From NCBI GenBank assembly GCA_951406725.2, contig OX597817.1, positions 77,066,001 to 77,130,000 of the forward strand: a stretch of 64,000 nucleotides of DNA. The letters are read 5' to 3'. The notes beneath the pieces are model-generated. The model was not told where the DNA came from and did not search any database. It saw only the letters and a program-made list of their open reading frames with translations. The stretch is from Octopus vulgaris. Its lineage: Eukaryota. The translations under genes were made by a program, and so were the position numbers. How positions within the stretch are numbered: the stretch's first letter is position 1; each line of letters begins with the position of its first letter. Shown piece by piece: positions 1 through 14,729 of this stretch.

Positions 1-241
1 CATCCTCATATTAACGTCCACTTTTCCATGCTTGCATGGATCGGACAGAGTTTGGACAAGTGATTTTCTTGTTGCCAAGAATAATGTCTTCGGAGGAAGA
101 TACTATTTCTCCATGGCCAAACATGTTTCTTTGCAGAATATTACAGATGAATAATAGACACTTGTATCAATGATTGTCCTTCAGAACAATCACACAATGT
201 CATGACAAGGAAACATAACCATTCACGCACGCATATGTATA

Positions 242-763
242 CCGTAAATCCTCGAGTATAGTCCGCCCTTGAGTATAATACGCAGGGGATTTTTAAGGGG
301 CTGTACCTCAGAAAAACCTAAACCTTGTGTATAATACGCACTCCTTCTCTAACTTGAGACAAGGAGGTCTATATAACGTCCTTGGTTTGTAAAACTGTAT
401 ACGGTAACGTCCTTTATTATTATTGTATATATAACATAATGCAAACGTGTAGCTTTTTTGTGCATTTTGTTTGCAGAAAATAAAGAAATAACAGTAATAA
501 CAGTAATAACGTTTAATGAATGTTGCTTACTGCAAGTTATGGAGGATCCTTTTATGACTTCATTGCTTTCAGGTTTAGCTTAAGGTATTTTCGCACCCGA
601 CATCACAAAATGCGTCTGAATAAACATTGCCGGACAGCAAATAGAGACTCGGACAATACTTAGAAAATAACTTTCATTTTTAACCTCGCATATAGTACGC
701 ATTAGGGATTTTGACCTTTAAATTTTGGGAAAAAAACTGCGGATTATACTCGAGGATTTACGG
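242..763. mobile_element. Non-autonomous Tc1/mariner-superfamily (pogo/Tigger-like) MITE
   Basis: TIRs CCGTAAATCCTCGAGTATAGTCCGC ... GCGGATTATACTCGAGGATTTACGG, flanked by TA at 240-241 and 764-765; no ORF. Confidence 0.85.
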
Positions 764-1059
764 TATATTAATGTTTGTTTTTACGTCACATTATATATGA
801 TGTCCAGTAAGTTCAACGTCGTCAATTCAAGCACGATTTTGAATAATGTACATTTGAACTTTGCATTGATGTTTTAAAGAAGTATGAATTTAAAATTAAG
901 CTAATTTCTCTTCATATTTAGTACATACTATGTTTTAACCCAAAAGTTAAAATCTCTGATTGCACGTTTTGATCTCCATTACTTTGGGGGTTTTTTTGTT
1001 GGTTTTTTTTTCTCAATAAAATACTTTTTAACAATTAATAGTGAGATACAATGGATATG

Positions 1060-1338
1060 TTTTCCTGCTAAATTTTCCTCGCTGTGAACTTGCCTCGTGG
1101 TGAACTTTCTTCATCAATTTACCGCAGGAAAAGTTCTCCGCCATCAATTCACCGGGTTTTTTTTTGGGGGGGGGCGTTTTGTTTTTCAATGAAATAGTTC
1201 TTTTAACCATTAACGTTGAGGTGATATACTATGGATATATCTTCTCGGTAAACTTTCCTTGAATTGAACTTGCCTCATGGTGAACTGGTGGCGGTGAACT
1301 TTACTGCGATGAATTGATGGCGGTGAGCTTACCTGTAA
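1060..1338. repeat. Fold-back-like element built from ~15-bp GGTGAA(C/T)T units in both orientations
   Basis: Periodic gtgaact units; 1130-1154 is the approximate reverse complement of 1308-1330. Confidence 0.5.
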
Positions 1339-1352
1339 TCCTTTTATATATA

Positions 1353-1398
<46 letters not shown>

Positions 1399-1558
1399 TA
1401 TAATTAGCCAAAATTGCGAGGATAATCTGGTGCTTGACTGAGGAAAGAAAACTTCCAATGACACGTCCTCGTTTTCTTTGCATCGTCTATCTGGATGTTT
1501 TGTTGTCCCATTTTTGTATCACCTAGCTGTCTGGATGTTTTGCGTTCTTGTCCCATTT

Positions 1559-1604
<46 letters not shown>

Positions 1605-1962
1605 TAACATAAAACTGAAGGATTAATCAATACCTTTTAGTCAAATGCATATCAATTAAACTTTTACAAGAAGGTTGACACTGACTGTGAAGTTTCAGCA
1701 TGATTGCTCTCCTCGGACTGATGATCTGTACAAGTCAATCTTTTTAAGTTGCTGTCAATCTTTACCTCGTAAAAGTTTAATACATAAGTGCTGTGACGTA
1801 AGAAGTTTGTTTTCCAACTATATGGTTCCGGGGTCAGGCCTACTATGTGGCACCTTGGGCAAGTGTCTTCTACTATAGCCTCAGGTCGACCAAGGCCTTG
1901 TGGGTGGATTTGGTTGATAGAAACTGAAAGAAGCCCTTCGTATTTATATATATATATACATG

Positions 1963-2011
<49 letters not shown>

Positions 2012-2237
2012 GTGGAGTGTTTATCTTCCACCACCACTTGAATACCGGCGTTGGTGTATTTATGTCCCCATAACTTAGGCGGTTCAGCAAAAGAGATCGA
2101 TAGAATAAGTACCAGGCTTAAGAAATAAATTAAGTACTGAGGCGGGTGATTCATTCAACGCAAAATCCTTCAAGGCAGTGCCCCAACATGGCCGCAGTCT
2201 AATGACTGAAACAGGTAAAAGCTAAACGATATATATA

Positions 2238-2272
<35 letters not shown>

Positions 2273-2523
2273 GCATACATGACAGGTTTCTTTCAGATTC
2301 TGTTACCCACATCAACTCACAAGGCTTTAGTTAGTCCAGTACTGTAGTAGAAGTCACTTGCCCGTGGTGCCAGGCAGTGGGACTGAGACAAAAACCCTGT
2401 GACTGGGAAGTGAACTTCTTAATCATACAGTCACACTTGTGCCTATTGGCATGTATAATTCTTTGTACCAGCAGTACAATGCCTAGAATTTGGTGGAAGT
2501 TGGGTTGTCGGCCCTAATGTGGA

Positions 2524-2770
2524 AGTACATGGCTTAGCAGTTAGAGCGTTGGACTCATATTGTAAGATTGTGGTTTCAATCCCTGGATCGGGTGACGCGT
2601 TGTGTTCTTGTGCCAAAACACATTATTTCATGTTGCTGCAGTCCACTCAGCTGGAAAAATGAGTAAACTTGTGACGGACCAGTGTCCCATCCAGGTAGAG
2701 AATTCATATGCCATGAAACTGGGAAACCGGCCCCTATGAGTCAGTATGACACTAGAAGATAACTTCCCTT
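2524..2770 (+). mobile_element. tRNA-derived SINE family C (others at about 30885-31140, 51704-51990, 54250-54580 minus)
   Basis: CATGGCTTAG(C/T)RGTTAGAG...GGTTTCAATCCC head and shared CAGTCCACTCAGCTGG...CCCATCCAGG body in several copies. Confidence 0.75.
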
Positions 2771-5244
2771 TTCTTTTTTACTAGTCAACCCCAAAAAGAG
2801 GAAAAGCAAAATAAACTTCGGCAAAATTCGAACTTGGATTGTAAAGCCATAAGAAATATCGTTAATTATTTTGACCAGTGTGGTGCTAATGGATCCACCA
2901 GCTCAGCACCTTCATCAACATATATAATAATTCTTATTTCTGACCATGCCTATTATATTTTCATTATATTGAACCACGTATAGACCAAAATTTAATGGAT
3001 TCTATAATCTTTGAGCAATTTGAATTATACGATAATACATTTATTTCAGCAAAAATTTAGGATTCCAATTTTGTTCTTTAGTTTATAACACGACTTTTTT
3101 TTTTTTACTTAATTTTGCATTTAATCAAGTTTCAGTCCCACTTTTACCCTATTTTTTAAAACCTATATTCTACCCTCACACAAAACGAAAACCCTAATAA
3201 CTTTTTATGTTTTAATTCTATTTTATTTACCCGTGAAATTACTTCAAAACCCATTTCTAAGTTTAGCTTAAGTTCCCTAGAGATAGCGAACTCTAGATGT
3301 TACCAAAATATTTAAAATACAAATTCGAAGTATTACATTCCTTTAAGCGTGTTTCTTTTTTCCTTCTTTTAGGAAAGAAATAATTAAACTCCTAAGAAAA
3401 AGTAAAATAACAAAATAAGATGTAAATTTTAGCAAATTTGCTGTTTTGCTTCAAAGTCCCAAAGGGCTAAATTAAGTAACCAAACAGTTTAACAATCTCC
3501 AAAACGAAGTTACTTTTTCATAAAACTCACACAGAAAGGGCACAGGCATGGTTGTGTGGATAAGAAGCTTGCTTTGCAACCATATCGTTTCAGGTTCAGT
3601 CCCTTTGCATGTCACCTTGCGTAAATATCTTCTTTTTCTCCAGGTCAACCTAGAAACTGTGCGGAAGCCTGTCATAAAATAAAAGCTTCAGGCAATTGCA
3701 TTAAAGGTCAACACTTTCTGGCGAGCTGGCAGAAATGTTAGCATGCTGGGCGAAATGCCTAGCAGTAGTTCGTCTGCCATTACGTTCTGAGTTCAAATTC
3801 CGCTGAGGTCCACGTTGCCTTTCATCCTTTTGGGGTCGATAAATTAAGTACCAGTTACGCACTGGGGTCGATATAATCGACTTAATCCGTTTATCTGTCT
3901 TTGTTTGTCCTCTCTGTGTTTAGCCCCTTGTGGGTAGTAAAGAAATAGAAATAGGTATTTCGTCTGCCATTACGTTCTGAGTTCAAATTCCACCGAGAGC
4001 CACTTTGCCTTTCATCCTTTCGGTATCGATTAAATAAGTACCAGTTAATCACTGGAGTCGGTGTAATCGACTTAATCCCCTTGATTATCCCCTCTATGTT
4101 TAGCCTTCTGTGGACAATAAAGAAGTAATTTCACCACGTATGCCCTCAGAAATTGAGGGTAATCTCCGGCCTGCTGGAAACCACCGGGGGAGAGGCACCT
4201 CTAAGCTTTAATCTTTGTTAAAGCATGTCGCTAGAATCTGCTTCAAACTCGGGCTATATTAGCTTTGAAATCTATTGTGACTTGATCAGCAAATCTTCTG
4301 TCACAGTCGGCAATCGACAAGATGAACTGCTATGAACCTCACTATACTGAAGTGTGTATGCATGTGATTGAGGACCACGTGTGAATTTGTATCCCACTGA
4401 AACTCCGAGCATAACTCGTTGGTCAGAGCCAGCTCAGCCCACCACTGGTAAATGCCACGATAAGTACAAGTAATTGTATCAGAGGTGGTACAGTTTGTCG
4501 ATGTCTGGCCAAAATATTAAGTCATTTGCATGCTTAAACCTTTTGTTACCATATTTCTATTGAAACACACTGCCTTTGTTTTAATTAATTTTCAACTTTA
4601 TAAAGAATTTAGTAAAAGAATTTTACTATTAATCTGGTGGTGGGAACGTAAATTAACGCGAAAATCTGGTGGGGTGTGAAGTGTGTAATTTTTGAAACTA
4701 AATTGTTTTTCTTCCGTTACTCAGCACGTGTGTAACACTTTCACGTGATTAGTTAAAAGGAAAGGCAAAGAGCGAAAGAAAAAGGTGAGCAAAAAAGAAC
4801 GTTAAGGTGAAGAATGAAAGGGAAAGAAGGAGAATACAATGTATTAAATCTATAAAATTATGCCTAAATTATATAAAATGTATATATAAAGTGCATTAAG
4901 TAATCATCGTATTCCAATTTCCTTCACTTTCCAATGACTAGTAGATGAGCAACTATCTTTTGATACATACACAACACAGGTTACGCTTTCAGGTTTTTTG
5001 GATAAAGTTTTCAGAAATATCCTAATAAGTTTACCATTAATTCCGTGAAATATTCACGTGTTCCACTCGTTTGAATAAAAATGGAAAATGTTTTTATCAG
5101 AGTGTCTTATGGGATTGTGTAGCTGTATGCTTCTCCTAGAAATTGTTTTTGTTTTCTAAATCTGGATAAATTTTTACTGCTTTTCTGACTTATTACAATG
5201 GAGTATTACAAAGTCGAAAAGCAATGAACGAATCTATCTACCTG

Positions 5245-5325
<81 letters not shown>

Positions 5326-5399
5326 AAATATTGTTTCCTTGTATGCTCAATTAACACAACCTGAATAAAATCTGATAGAAGGTTTAAATTTTGAGAAGT

Positions 5400-6180
5400 A
5401 ATATTTATCGCCACTTCATCATGGCTGTTCCACAGGAACCAACGTTACTGCTATTTTTAATTCTAGGGGAAGGCCTCCTCCAGCTGGTTACCAACGCAAT
5501 CTGCAGCCGCGACAGGACCTCCAGACCGTTCGATTTCAAGTTATTGGTACTCATCCTCAGTAGTGGACACCCATCTGCTAGAGATAGCAGTAATCCTCTC
5601 CAGCTCACAATATATAGAAAAATAAGTGACAACCAGTCACTGATCTTGCAACAAGCAAAGTCGCTAGTTAGGAAATCTCTGTAAGAGATGAAAGTAGGAA
5701 TGACAACCGTGTTTCGTGGTCTGCTACCACAACAGCTCCTTTATAGGATCCAATTAGCTCAAGACATCATCTAGAGGAACCACGTCCGGTTTCGGCCCCT
5801 ACTCCTCTACCGTTTTGACGTGGTGCCCCACCTCACCCCTTTCGGAGGTGTCTTCTTTCTTCTTTCTTCTGTTCTCTGGCCTCTTCGATGTATCGTCAGC
5901 GAGTGTCAGCCGGTGACTGACTGTCTTGTCAAATTTCTCCCTTACCTGCCGCATAGACCCCAGCAGGCAGCCCCAGCAAGTTGTCACGTGACACTGTCTC
6001 ACCTTAACTGACTAGTGAAGGCGCGTAGTTTTAGCCCGCGCTTTTTCTAAACGACCGTCACCTGTCAGTCAGCGAAGCTGATTCAGTCAGCTTGTCTCAC
6101 CTAATGATGTTATTTCCCGTCGGCGTGTTTATGACTTTCAAGCCATTTTCGGTCTTCCCGCTTCAGCCATATATGGAAGC
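5400..6180. mobile_element. GC/CpG-richer block, possibly a solo LTR or other TE remnant
   Basis: Compositionally distinct from the flanks, with a TATAAA on the minus strand near 5740; no clear TG...CA ends or TSD identified. Confidence 0.25.
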
Positions 6181-6306
6181 TGGCTTTTTACTATACTGAG
6201 AAGTTATGTTTATTTCCATTTCATCATGACTGGAAGTTTGTATCATAAAATAAGGGCAGTCTCAGGCGGGCTGGTACCAAGAGGGTTAAATTATATTCCT
6301 GTAAAT

Positions 6307-6647
6307 CAGAGGTTCTCAAGAGGGGTCCATATGGAACCTAAGGGTCCTTATAAGATTTTTGATGGTCCACGCAAGCAAAAGAGTAAATTAGAGATCCGCA
6401 AAAGTATTTTAAGGGCCCCTGAAAAAATGTTGCTTTAGATGTATGAATTTGTACGTGTTACAAGAAACAGCTAAGTTTCTTCCTCTGACATTTTGCATAG
6501 GTCAAGTTAATGTGTGAAAAACAAAAGAGGGATTTTAAAAGAAGTTTCTGTTAAAGTAGTTTTCAAACATCGAATGGTTATAAGGGTCCACCAGCATAGA
6601 ATAGTAATCAAAGGGATCCATAGATAAAAAACGGGTGAGAACGTTTG
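6307..6647. mobile_element. hAT-family (Charlie-like) MITE
   Basis: Ends CAGAGGTTCTCA ... TGAGAACGTTTG with an exact 8-bp TSD CTGTAAAT at 6299-6306 and 6648-6655. Confidence 0.8.
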
Positions 6648-7142
6648 CTGTAAATGGATGCCAAAATTTGGTACCTCTGAGACCAAACAAAACGAGAAAA
6701 CTATTTAACTGAGAAATGTTTTATGATAGCTCCCTAAATTCGATATAAAAAACAAATTCAAATAAGCTTCTTTAGTCCATGATACAATTCACATACTTCT
6801 TCTGATCCAACTAATTTTATCTACCACTATTCCCTAAGAATGGCTTATTAATACTACTGTGGCGAGCTGGCAGACACGTTTGCCTTTCATCCTTTCGGGG
6901 TCGATTAAATAAGTCCCAGTTACGCACTGGGGTCGATGTAAGCGACTTAATCCCTTTGTCTGTCCTTGTTTGTCCCCTCTGTGTTTAGTCCCTTGTGGGT
7001 AGTAAAGAAATAGGTATTTCGTCTGTCTTTATGTTCTGAGTTCAAATTCCACCGAGATCGACTTTGCCTTTCATCCTTTCGGGGTCGATAAATTAAGTAC
7101 CAGTTGCGTACTGGAGTCGATCTAATCGACTTAATCCCTTAT

Positions 7143-7530
7143 AGGTGCAGGAGTAGCTGTGTGGTAAGTAGCTTGCTTACGAACCACATGGTTCCAGGTT
7201 CAGTCCCACTGCGTGTCATCTTGGGCAAGTGTCTTCTACTATAGCTTCGGGTCGACCAAAGCCTTGTGAGTGGATTTGGTAGACGGAAACTGAAAGAAGC
7301 CTGTCGTATATATGTATATGTATATATATGCGTATTTGTGTGTCTGTGTTTGCCCCCCACCACATCGCTTGACAACCGATGCTAGGGTGTTTACGTCCCC
7401 GTAACTTAGCGGTTCGGCAAAAGAAACCGATAGAATAAGTACTGGGCTTACAAAGAATAAGTCCTCGGGTCAATTTGCTCGACTAAAGCGGTGCTCCAGC
7501 ATGGCCACAGTCACATGACTGAAACAAGTA
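7143..7530 (+). mobile_element. tRNA-derived SINE family A, near full-length copy (others at about 1780-2220, 2280-2445 minus, 10413-10760, 37855-38260, 47515-47860 minus, 49880-50040 minus, 51175-51320)
   Basis: Recurrent head GGAGTRGCTGTGTGGTAAG...GGTTCAGTCCCACTG with A/B-box-like motifs, a shared body with an internal (TG)n tract, and an A-rich tail. Confidence 0.85.
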
Positions 7531-8154
7531 AAAAAAAAAGAGTATCAGTTAGACATTTTAGGTCGGCGAGCTGGCAGAACCGATACCATGCTGGGGTACA
7601 ATACTTAGCAGCATTTCGTCCGTCTGTACATTCTGAGTTCAAATTCCGCCGAAGTCAGCTTTACCTTTCGTCCTTTCGGGGTCGATGAAATAAGTACCAG
7701 TTGCATGCTGGTGTTAATGCAATTGACTTTGCCCCTGCCCCGAAATTGCTGGCCTTGTACCAAAATTTGAAACCAACATCACTTGGATGTTCTAGCAGAA
7801 ATTTTATTTAAGTTTGGTTCCTTTATTTAATATTTCTTTTGATTTAACTTAAAATATGATGATATTTAACAATCAGTGGATGTGTTTATGCAGGTGGAAT
7901 AAAGTCAGAATGTAATCATGTAGTACTTAAGTTTTGCATCACTTCAATGAAAAGTTTACCTTTTATTTCCAGAATATAATATATCAAATGCCGTTTTGTT
8001 TGTTTTGTGTTTTCATTTTAACAATTTTTTTTTTACGAAAATCGAGGAACTCAAAATTTTTTAATGATTTTCTTTATTTTATACATATATACTATGTATG
8101 TATTGTATATGGAGTGTATATTTTCTGAAGTTAAATCGAAAGTAATTCATATAT

Positions 8155-8223
<69 letters not shown>

Positions 8224-8617
8224 TACATACACATGCATATATATGTACATTTATACATGTGTGTGTATGTGTGTTTGTTTGTGAGTGTATGTGTGATGTG
8301 TGTGAGTGTATGAGTACGGGGTACATAAATAGCATATATAATGTTCGGATGTTTCTGGTACTCCTTCAATGAATGTCAGTTTCAATAAGGAATATCATCA
8401 CCATCGTCATTACTGCTGGTATCATTGTCTTAATAAGCATTTGTTATATTACAATCAAAAGACCTCAGAAAAAGAACTGAATGGTGCTGTATTGGTCACG
8501 GATGGACAATGAACTAATGTTTTTTCAACACAAAAGAAAAAGTCCAGTGAGCATAAAGTTGGATGAATTATATGATCAAGAACGAATGATATAGTTAAAT
8601 AAATAGATTTTCGGCAT

Positions 8618-8662
<45 letters not shown>

Positions 8663-8784
8663 TTTCCAATGGTCAAATATAACTAATATACCCTTGTCCA
8701 AAAACAAGCTGTGTGTGTTTATCCGTAATATGGGATATCATATAAACATCGCAATAAAGATACTGGTCCTCATATTGATGCATA

Positions 8785-9521
8785 TACGAGGCGATATCAA
8801 AAAGTTCCTGGACTAGTTCTGTAGATCACCAACAGATGGCAGCACATGGTTGCGTGCGCAGTGAGAGCTAACAGTGATCTTCATGAGTCAGTGTGCTGAG
8901 TGACATCGCTGTGATTACTTCGCAGGGAAGGGGCTAAGTCAATTGCAATAACCCCAGAGTTCAACTGGGTCGTACGCAATGCTTTGAGTGGCATGGGCGC
9001 TTCAAAAGCAGAGGAACGTCCCTGGAAGACCTGCCACAAGCGTCACGCCCCCCCCCCCCCCGGGAGTATGGAGAAAATTCATCGGCTCGTGCATGAGGAT
9101 CGTCGCGGGACAATCAATGACACCGCTGATGTTGTCGGTCTGTCGTATGGGTCCATGCAGGCAATCGTAACGTCTGAATTGGACACGACAACAATATGAC
9201 CCCGTCATAGAGCTCTCCTCTTTCTTACCAAAAACAACAATGTGTCACTTCTGCACCCACCCTTCACCAGATTTAGCACATGCAGACTTCCATCTCTTCC
9301 CCAAGATGAAAATGCAGCTCAAAGATCGCCATTTTAGCATGGTTGTGGAGATCCAGAATGAATCTCAAAAGGTTCTCGATTCGCTTACAGGCTGGATTCC
9401 TGGGGCCGGTGTATTGCTGCGCAAGATGACTATTTCGAAGGAGATGATTTTAAAACTTAGTTAAATAAGTTATTCTATATTAAACATAACTAGTCCAGGA
9501 ACTTTTTAATACAACCTCGTA
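8785..9521 (+). mobile_element. Internally deleted mariner transposon
   Basis: TIRs TACGAGGCGATATCAAAAAGTTCCTGGACTAGTT / AACTAGTCCAGGAACTTTTTAATACAACCTCGTA. Transposase remnants DRRGTINDTADVVGLSYGSMQAIV (HTH-like) and PSPDLAHADFHLFPKMK (YSPDLAP-DF-LF motif). Confidence 0.9.
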
Positions 9522-10131
9522 TATCTAAATTAAGAAATAAAACTGTTCTTCAGCAATAAAAAAAATATCCAGCATTTAACTGAAGAAAGCAAATATATAC
9601 ATATATGTTGATTCTTGTTGTGGAATGAAGAACTTTGAAGCAGATAGAGCAGTAAGTATTGGTTTCAAATTTTGGCATGAAGCTAGTAATTTCAGGGAAG
9701 GGGCTAAGTCGATTGCAATAACCCCAGAGTTCAACTGGTACTTATTTTATTGACTGCGAAAGGATGAAAGGTAAAGCTGTTCGTCGCAAAATTTGATCTC
9801 AGAATGTTAAGATAGATGCAATAACACTAAGCGTTTTGCTCAGTGTGCAAACAATTACATCAGCTCACTACCTTAGATAAAGTTGTAGATATTAGCAGGT
9901 TAGCATTGAGTTAAAAGACCTGGGTAGAAAAAGTTGAAGGCTGCTGGTCTCTCATATTTACGAAAGATAATGGTTCAAGTCTCACGGGCAGCCTTCAACA
10001 TTTGTTAGCCAAATGGTTTTTAAGCTAATATTTACATACAATCAATTATTGCTTTATCCGCTTCGAGTTTCTTCTCTTCCAAAAACAGAATTATTTCATG
10101 TTCTCTTGAAGTTTATAAATTCTAATAACAC

Positions 10132-10179
<48 letters not shown>

Positions 10180-10182
10180 TAA

Positions 10183-10390
10183 AGGCGGCGAGCTGGCAGA
10201 AACGTTAGCACGCAGGGCGAATTGCTTAGTAGTATTTCGTCTGTCTTTAAGTTCTGAATTCAAATTCCACCGATGTCAACTTTGCCTTTCATCCTTTCGG
10301 GGTCGATAAATGAAGTACCAGTTGCATACAGAGGTTGATCTAATCGACTGCCCACCCCAAATTTCAGGCCTTGTGCCTAGAGTTGAAAAG
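10183..10390 (+). mobile_element. tRNA-derived SINE family B (others at about 3720-4125, 6860-7140, 7565-7775, 9660-9875 minus, 27270-27660 minus, 58860-59055, 60775-61205)
   Basis: Recurrent GGCGAGCTGGCAGAA...GAGTTCAAATTCC (B box)...GCCTTTCATCCTTTCGGGGTCGAT...AAGTACCAG. Confidence 0.85.
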
Positions 10391-11014
10391 AACATATATA
10401 TATAAATATATAAGCACAGGTTTGGCTGTGTGGTAAGAAGCTTGCTTACCAACCACATGGATCTGGGTTCAGTCCCACTGTGTGGCATTTTGGGTAAGTA
10501 TTTTCTACAATAGCCTCGGGTTGACCACAGCCTTGTAAGTGGATTTGGTATATGGAAACTGAAAGAAGCTCATCATGTGTGTGTGTGTTTGTGTTTGTCC
10601 ACCCGATATCGCTTGACAACCGTCGGCAAAAGAGACCAATAGAATAATTTCTAGGCTTACAAAGAACAAGTCCTAGGGTCGTTATTTCTTTTTTACTTAA
10701 ACCCTTTAAGGTGATGCTCCAGCTTGGCCGCAGTCAAATGACTGAAACAAATCAAAGAATATTTATGTATAAATGTGAGAATGAACAGAAGACATGAAGG
10801 AACAGTTGAAGAAAAAGAGAAAAAAATAGGGTTTTTTGAGGGAAAAAAAATATAATAGCCAACAAGAACACAAGAAATTCATTAACTATGGCAAGAACAT
10901 TTGGCCATTTTACATATTATTTTACAGGTTGCCATAAAAAATATTATCGGCCCACCAAATATTTCTCCTCATACTTATCAAACTACAAAAATGGAAAATT
11001 TTTGACATTTTCAG

Positions 11015-11545
11015 TATATATATATATGTATATATGTGCACACATATATATGTATACATACATATATATATACACATGCAATATATATATACATACATAT
11101 ATATATATACATATATATATATACACACATACATATACATATATATATACATATATATATACATATATATACATATATACACATATATACATATACATAT
11201 ATATGCAAATACATATATACATACATATATATATATGCATATATATACATTCATATATGTGCATATATACATACATATATATACATATATACATACATAT
11301 ATGTATACACATATATACATACATATACATATATATATATATACATACATATATATATATATATACATATATATATACATACATATATATATATACATAC
11401 ATATATACATATATATACATATATATGCGTGTTCAAGTAAAATTTGAACATATATATAGATATATAAACATATTTATGTACATGTATGACTATATATACA
11501 CATATATTTACATGTATATATATATATATATTTACATATATATGT
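11015..11545. repeat. Long degenerate (TA/CA)n microsatellite; similar tracts at 12580-12895, 15478-15900, 24440-24918, 29000-29240, 39385-39637, 55185-55775
   Basis: Directly visible; source of the Y/I-rich pseudo-ORFs. Confidence 0.95.
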
Positions 11546-12579
11546 GTACATATACATATTTGTACATTTTTCATTTCTTTTTACTTTCTTTTGTTTCCTC
11601 TCAAAAAAAAACAAACAAACAAACATACATTCCAAGATGTCCATCATTTAAATACTACACAGGAATAAAAAAAATTATATATATATATATACACACACAT
11701 ATATATACATATATATATATATATAAGTCAAGTCAATTCAAAGTCATTCATTAATAGTTGCTGTTGTCATCATTGTTAATATTTATTAAATTTTTCTTGT
11801 TTATTTTTTGTGTTATTTTTATAAATACATTTTTTTTTTCATTTCTTCTGTTTAATGTCTGTTGTTTGTTGTTGTTAATAATTCTTTTGTTTTCCTCTTT
11901 TTTTTTCTTTCTTTCTTTGATTCCACCCACCCAGAAAAAAAAAATAAATAAACAACAAAAAAAAAACAAAACAAAGAAACAATGCACACTAATGTTCTTT
12001 TGCCTTGCTTTTTACCCCCCATCCCACCCCGAACCTTATTGATAACCCTCCACCCCGTAATTTTTTTTTTTTTTTCCTTTTCTTAACATCATCATTGCCG
12101 CTTCAAATCAATTTAAAAAGAGCCCTGCCCTCTCTGTGCCCTACCCTCACCTCCACCAACCCACACTGCACTAAAAAAAAAAATCAAATTTATTAAACTG
12201 TAAAAAATAATCCGCAGTCACAGAGTCAGAGCATGACATTTTTTTCTATATTTTCTGTTGCATTCTGTTTTATATTTTTCTTTTTTATTCTTGTTTTTTT
12301 TTTAGTTTATATTCTTTTTTTTTCAAAGGAATATTATTTATGTATATATATATATATATATATTTGCTTGAGGGATGTTGGGATGGGGTTAGATGGGGAT
12401 CCTGGGTGAAAGGGCAATAATTGTTGTTGTTATTGTTGTGGTGGTGGTGGCGGTGGGAAGGGAGAGTTGCTTGCGTGTGCAATGATATAAAAGTTTTGAA
12501 TAAACAACAGACACCATTAAACAGATGGCTAACGCTGAACATCACATGAAAAATGACATTTGTTGAGGGCCTGCAACAT

Positions 12580-12623
<44 letters not shown>

Positions 12624-12676
12624 CATACATACATAATATATACACACATATATGTGTGTATACGTATTTATATACA

Positions 12677-12726
<50 letters not shown>

Positions 12727-12733
12727 CACATAC

Positions 12734-12897
<164 letters not shown>

Positions 12898-14693
12898 TGT
12901 AATATTTCTTCGACTTTTTAAAATCTATTTTTCCTTTATTTTTTTTTTTGAGGGGAGGAGTTATTTTGTATTTTTTTATTATTTAAACGTTTATTTTTTG
13001 CAAATTTCTTTTAGTTTTCATTTGCAAATATTTTTTTTTGGTGGGGTGTGTATGTGTGTGTTCAGTGGTGATTTTTTATCATCATCATCATCATCATCAT
13101 CATTATTAAAATCATTATTTATATTATTATTATTTTTATTAATATTATTATTATTTAAATTTTTTGGCATTGAGAATGTCCGTTTTTCGTCTTTTATATT
13201 TTTCATATATTCTTGCAGTAGTAATTACTAAGATACCAGCAGACTACTGCTACACAAAAAAAAAATACATATATATATAGATATATATATATTTATATAT
13301 ATTCACAGAGATTCGACTAATAAATAATTGAATACCTCAAACAAGCATACACACATACACACACATACAAACACACACACTGTCACACATATACAAAACA
13401 CCATCCATGCGGTTACGATCTGTTTTTATCTTTTTTCTGTTTTAGTTTTTTTCCCTTTGTTATCATCCTTTTACATATCGCACAAGTTTCTCACATGATG
13501 CTGCTTCATTTTACTATCATCATTATTCTCTTCATCATCATCATCAACATCATATACAAAAGTCATCAGCATCATCATCATTAATGATGTTGTTGTCATA
13601 GTTATTATTATTATTATTATTAAACAGAAACCATAAAAAAAATAATAAAGTTGACAAACACTTATCATGTTCAGTAATATTATTATTATTATTATTAACA
13701 TGCTCATTTTATTATTTTTTCTCCCTCATCCCACAAAATCTTTCCAACACCACTCACCCTAACAATAGCAGTTTTTTTATATTCATTTATATTTTCTTTT
13801 CTTGAAAAATCTGACTTAAAAAAAAAAATGAAAAATCACCAATCACAAAGACAGACGAGCATTAGCTGCTTTGCATCACGTTCAACACACACTCACTTCA
13901 TACATCTACTCCTTTTCATTTATTTTTATGTTTCCATGTTCGTTTCGTTTCCCCGATCAACTTTCATTACATTATTGTATCATTTATATTTAATATTTAC
14001 ACCTCCAGCTCTAGTGCCACCCAAGAAAATGAAAATGAAGAAACGAAGGATAAAAAAAGTGCAAAAGAAGACAAGCAAAACAGTGGATGTAATGAATTGA
14101 AAGATTAAGAAATTCATAATCTAAGATGTTTTCTCTATAACTTTCATCACATGTGTGCACCATCTCTCCCACTCTGCAAGGTTCTGATGTTATTTTTTGT
14201 TCTGTTATTTCAGTAATAATAATGCTTCCTCTCTGGTGATACCATCATCCTCTCAGAATATATATATGTATATACACACACAGATATACACATATATAAC
14301 ATATACATATACAAATGTACGCATAAATAAATATATATATGCATGTATATGTATATATATATACATAACATATATACATATATCATACATATATATAACA
14401 TACACACACACACACATATATATATACATAAATATATAAAGGCATATATGTATATATATACATACATATATATACATGCATGTATATGAATTTAATCCAT
14501 TACCAATTGTGCAACAAAATGCCACTTTCTTTCATCTGAGGGCATACATACACATGTGAATTCAAACATAAATACACAATTCATACATCTTTATGTATAT
14601 ATATATATATATATATGTACACACATTACATATATGTAGGTGTATATATATATGTGTATGTAATTATATATATATGTATTTATATATATACGC

Positions 14694-14729
<36 letters not shown>

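Noticed and set aside
4140-4500. Possible additional Penelope fragment (EDLLIK-like peptide on the minus strand; GAAACTCCGAG near 4399)
   Set aside because: Too degenerate to call without a profile search.
10888-11754. 288-aa ORF and the many other Y/I/C/V-rich ORFs
   Set aside because: Translations of (TA)n/(CA)n microsatellites, which lack stop codons; no domain or splice support.
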